DNA of 64,000 nt. It comes from an uncultured Gammaproteobacteria bacterium. GTDB lineage: Bacteria > Pseudomonadota > Gammaproteobacteria > JABCZS01. A program made the position numbers and the translations under genes. Under the pieces are notes generated by a model. The model was given only the letters and a program-made list of their open reading frames with translations, was not told the origin of the DNA and made no database searches. Positions 60,282-64,000 of this stretch are shown here, in pieces; within the stretch, counting starts at the first letter, position 1, and each line of letters begins with the position of its first letter. The stretch lies in NCBI GenBank assembly GCA_963848305.1, contig CAWKDC010000001.1, positions 1,472,001 through 1,536,000 of the forward strand. Reading direction: 5' to 3'.

Positions 60282-61049
60282 CTAAAATTGATACGCCACC
60301 GTGACCATCAATGCATTGGTGCTCACACGTTCTGGCTCGCCTTGGGCGGTAAATGTGATGTCTTTCGCAACATTTCCTCCGGACGTGCTGAATGAGCGCC
60401 AATCACCATTGTAAGCCGTGTATTGGTACTCAATCCCAGCGATCAGGTGCTTGGAGTATATATGCGACAGTCCTGCGCCGGCAGTCACCCCTAATTGATA
60501 GCGAGATTGTTGATCTTCATCTTCTGCCAGGGCATTCTGCGTCCCATACTCGAGAGCCTGGGTCTTGAGAGAGGTCTCGAAATGCCCCCAACGTGGGCCG
60601 ACCAGTGCATAAACCATGGTTTGTCCCAATGCGTAACCGGGTTTGAACAGGACAGCGAAGTCATTTTTCAATTGGGTTTTCATGCTACTAGAGAGTACGA
60701 TCTGGTGCGCATTGCTTGTTCCGCCTCCAATAGAAGCTCTATTGTCGAATGTCATGAGATTATAGTTCGCTGTGATGGCTGCGCCCAATACCAAGCCCGG
60801 GTTGAATTGATAAGCGTAGACAAGGCCGAGCATGCCCGCCACATTGCCTTGAAAAATGGTTTCTTTATTTGCGTAGTTGAGTGGGATAGTGTCTACTGTG
60901 CCTTGCCCCTCTTGGGACAAGGTTGCCTCTCCGGCGATACCCCCCAAGCCGGCCATGATGCTAAAGCCTGTGAAAGGGGCTGGCATGTGCTGTTCAGCAG
61001 ATGCCATTACCGCAATGGAGGAGAGCAGCAATATGGGCAAGTGTTTCAT
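60282..61049 (-). CDS. Outer membrane beta-barrel protein
   Basis: Signal peptide, KPGY, YALVGP and GIEYQY; C-terminal VAYQF beta-signal. Confidence 0.85.
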   Translation of the reverse strand: MKHLPILLLSSIAVMASAEQHMPAPFTGFSIMAGLGGIAGEATLSQEGQGTVDTIPLNYANKETIFQGNVAGMLGLVYAYQFNPGLVLGAAITANYNLMTFDNRASIGGGTSNAHQIVLSSSMKTQLKNDFAVLFKPGYALGQTMVYALVGPRWGHFETSLKTQALEYGTQNALAEDEDQQSRYQLGVTAGAGLSHIYSKHLIAGIEYQYTAYNGDWRSFSTSGGNVAKDITFTAQGEPERVSTNALMVTVAYQF

Positions 61050-61133
61050 GAGGTCATCCTTGATCTATATAAGACTTTTATGATGTTAGACGAGATTTGG
61101 GGAGAATGTCAAAAAGGCGTGAAAGTTTTCCCT

Positions 61134-61162
61134 TTGACATTGCCCTCAATCTGAGATATCCT
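61134..61162 (+). promoter_or_regulatory. Sigma70 promoter for the symporter-prfC unit
   Basis: TTGACA-17-TATCCT. Confidence 0.65.
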
Positions 61163-61194
61163 GACCCTTGGCTTATTCTACAAGGGGAATTGCC

Positions 61195-62373
61195 GTGCGC
61201 CTGATTGTTAAGCTGATTCTAGGTATTGTTGCCGGCATCGTCATGGGACTGATGGCGCCGACGGAACTCATCCGTGCTGTGGCAACCTTTCAGCACATCT
61301 TTGGGCAATTTATCTCATTTATCATGCCCTTACTCATTTTTTTCTTTGTCGCCGAAGGGATTGCCAGCTTGAATTACGGTGCCGGTAAAATGCTTACTTG
61401 GACCGTTGGCCTGTCGTATGCTTCCACGCTGGGGGCGGGTGCGTTGGCTGCCTTGGTGGGCCTTGAAATCATTCCTCAAATGCCCTTGGGTGCTTTTTTT
61501 GAACCCGTGGATGCGATGGTGATTTTACCTTATATAAAGCTGGATATTCCCCCGGTCATGGGGATCCTCACGGCTTTGGTCATGGCGTTTTTGTGGGGCA
61601 TTGGGGCGGGGCAAATGCAATCACCCGTGATGCGTCAAGGGTTGAACGAGGGTAAGCGTATCATTGAAAATACCATCACCCACGTCATGATCCCCTTGCT
61701 GCCTTTTTATATTTTTTCACTCTTCACCGAAATGACGGTGGGCGGCCAAGTCGTCGCGACCCTCGAAACCTTCGGATTGGTGTTGATGGTGGCGGTGGCC
61801 TTGCATATTATCTGGTTGGTTGTGCTTTACGGGATTGCGTGTACTTTAACAGGCGTGGGTTTGTGGAAAGCGCTCAAAAACATGCTGCCGGCTTATTTGA
61901 CTGCGATTGGTACTATGTCCAGCGTCGCCACCATCCCTGTGACGTTGCGTCAAACCCTGAAAAATGGCGTGGATGACGACATCGCAAATTTTGTGGTGCC
62001 TTTATGCGCCACCATTCACATGGCAGGCAGTGCGATCACCATTACCACAGCGTCGATTGCGGTGATGCTGCTTACCAAAGGGGTGGTGCCCGCGTGGACT
62101 GAATTATGGCCATTCATCATGATGTTGGGTGTCACGACGATTGCCGCGCCCGGCGCCCCTGGCGGTGCTGTGATGGCTGCCTTGGGTTTGTTCACGTCCA
62201 TTCTCGGTTTCAGTGAAGCCGCCGTGGGGTTGATGATCACGATTTATATCGCACAAGACAGTTTTGGCACAGCCTGCAATGTGACAGGGGATGGTGCCTT
62301 GGCAATGATTGTTCATAAAGTCATGGCACGCAACGCCGAACCTGAAGAGGCATTGGAAGAAGGCGTTTCATGA
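61195..62373 (+). CDS. Dicarboxylate/amino acid:cation symporter
   Basis: [28 protein letters not shown] and [13 protein letters not shown] motifs. Confidence 0.92.
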   Translation: MRLIVKLILGIVAGIVMGLMAPTELIRAVATFQHIFGQFISFIMPLLIFFFVAEGIASLNYGAGKMLTWTVGLSYASTLGAGALAALVGLEIIPQMPLGAFFEPVDAMVILPYIKLDIPPVMGILTALVMAFLWGIGAGQMQSPVMRQGLNEGKRIIENTITHVMIPLLPFYIFSLFTEMTVGGQVVATLETFGLVLMVAVALHIIWLVVLYGIACTLTGVGLWKALKNMLPAYLTAIGTMSSVATIPVTLRQTLKNGVDDDIANFVVPLCATIHMAGSAITITTASIAVMLLTKGVVPAWTELWPFIMMLGVTTIAAPGAPGGAVMAALGLFTSILGFSEAAVGLMITIYIAQDSFGTACNVTGDGALAMIVHKVMARNAEPEEALEEGVS

Positions 62374-63942
62374 AAGAACTCGATAGACGTCGCACCTTTG
62401 CGATCATTTCTCATCCGGACGCCGGTAAAACCACCATCACTGAAAAATTATTGTTGTACGGTGGTGCGATCATGTTGGCTGGAACTGTCAAGGGGCGCAA
62501 AGCTTCGCGCATGGCAACGTCCGACTGGTTGGAAATGGAACAGAAACGCGGTATTTCGGTGGCAACATCGGTGATGCAGTTTCCCTACGGTGAATGCTTG
62601 TTCAATCTGTTGGACACGCCTGGTCACGAAGATTTTTCCGAAGACACCTATCGCACCCTGACCGCAGTCGATGCGGCATTGATGGTGATTGACGTGGCAA
62701 AAGGGGTAGAAGAGCGCACAGTGAAACTCATGGAAGTGTGCCGTTTGCGCACAACGCCTATTATCACTTTTATTAATAAATTAGATCGCGAAGGGAAAGA
62801 GCCGATTGAATTATTGGATGAAGTCGAATCCGTACTAAACATCAAATGTGCGCCGATCACGTGGCCGATTGGCATGGGTTCGCGTTTGAAAGGCATTTAT
62901 CATATCACTCATGATGAAATTTATTTATACGAGCCTGGCAAAAACAGTGAAATTAAAAAGGCGAAGACGATTAAGGGTCTTGATAGCACCGAATTGGATC
63001 GCGTGATTGGCGAGCAAGATGCGAAAGCGTTTCGCGATGAAATTGAATTGGTGAAAGGGGCATCACATGTATTTGATGAGCATTTGTTTAAAGCCGGTAA
63101 AATGACGCCGGTGTTTTTCGGTTCAGCCTTGAATAATTTCGGGGTAGAATCTTTGCTTGATGCATTTGTCGAATATTCTCCGACACCATTGCCTCGTCCG
63201 ACAGAAACGCGTGAAGTATCTCCTGAAGAAGAAGCCTTCACCGGTTTTGTATTTAAAATTCAAGCCAACATGGATCCGCAGCATCGCGATCGCATTGCAT
63301 TCATGCGCGTGTGTTCTGGGCGTTATCACAAAGGCATGAAAATGCATCAAGTGAGATTAGGTCGCGATGTGTTGATCAGCCAAGCCCTCACGTTTATGGC
63401 GAAAGATCGTACACACATTGAAGAAGCATATCCGGGTGATATCATTGGCTTGCACAATCATGGCACCATTCAAATCGGTGATACCTTCACGGAAGGCGAA
63501 ACGTTGAAATTCACGGGCATTCCGCATTTTGCGCCTGAATTATTCAAACGTGTGGTATTGAAAGATCCGCTCAAACGCAAAGCGCTACAAAAAGGGTTGA
63601 TGCAATTATCGGAAGAGGGTGCTGTTCAATTATTCCGCCCATTACGCAACAACGATTTGATTTTAGGTGCAGTGGGCACATTGCAGTTCGATGTGGTTGA
63701 AGAGCGCTTAAAGAGTGAATATAACGTGGCGTGCACATATGAGCAAGTGATGGTGCATGCAGCCCGTTGGGTATCTTGTCCCGATGACAAAATGATCGGA
63801 CCAATTCCAAGAAAAAGCCTATGAATATTTGGCCCGGGATGGCGCCGATCAACTCACTTATCTGGCTCCATCCCGTGTGAACTTACAGATTGCCATGGAA
63901 AAGTGGCCAGCGGTGGTGTTTGCCGCGACGTGTGAGAAATAG
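62370..63942 (+). CDS. prfC: Peptide chain release factor 3 (frameshift near 63798)
   Basis: [16 protein letters not shown] and [14 protein letters not shown]; tail [15 protein letters not shown] is in the adjacent frame, ending at TAG 63942. Confidence 0.96.
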
Positions 63943-64000
63943 GAATTGTAGGTGATAGGGGATTCGTCCCTACAGTTCATTATGATACAATCTTCCCTTC

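Overview
This is a mostly core-chromosome window from a gammaproteobacterium. A Legionellales/Coxiellales-like lineage is inferred from gene order, an inserted loop in S9 and effector-like orphan genes. It contains mutS(5')-hicAB-cinA-recA-recX, kdsD-kdsC-lptCAB, mlaFEDCB, murA, rplM-rpsI-petABC-sspAB-rimI, pabB, arfB, folE2-queD-dxs-ispA-xseB, an NhaC-family transporter with metNIQ and tRNA-Met, bamE-fur, recN-nadK, grpE-dnaK-dnaJ, zapB-zapA-6S RNA-ygfA-tldD-pmbA, a displaced rpoN-hpf-ptsN-hprK-rapZ-EIIA cluster, and prfC. About nine genes carry small frameshifts, most likely assembly indels. No CRISPR array, prophage or transposase is visible, but several families of short palindromic repeats (REP/MITE-like) recur. 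The best candidates for novelty are: (1) an orphan three-gene operon at 25904-27065 encoding a stand-alone Gly-rich beta-strand protein ending in Trp, a Thr-rich protein, and a glycine-zipper peptide absent from the ORF track; (2) an orphan sigma54-type promoter with NtrC-like upstream sites and no downstream gene, a candidate sRNA at 3248-3446; (3) a near-identical tandem pair of beta-barrel OMP genes whose differences cluster in three patches; (4) a disarmed hicA with intact hicB and operator in front of cinA-recA. All product calls come from motif recognition by eye; no database search was run.
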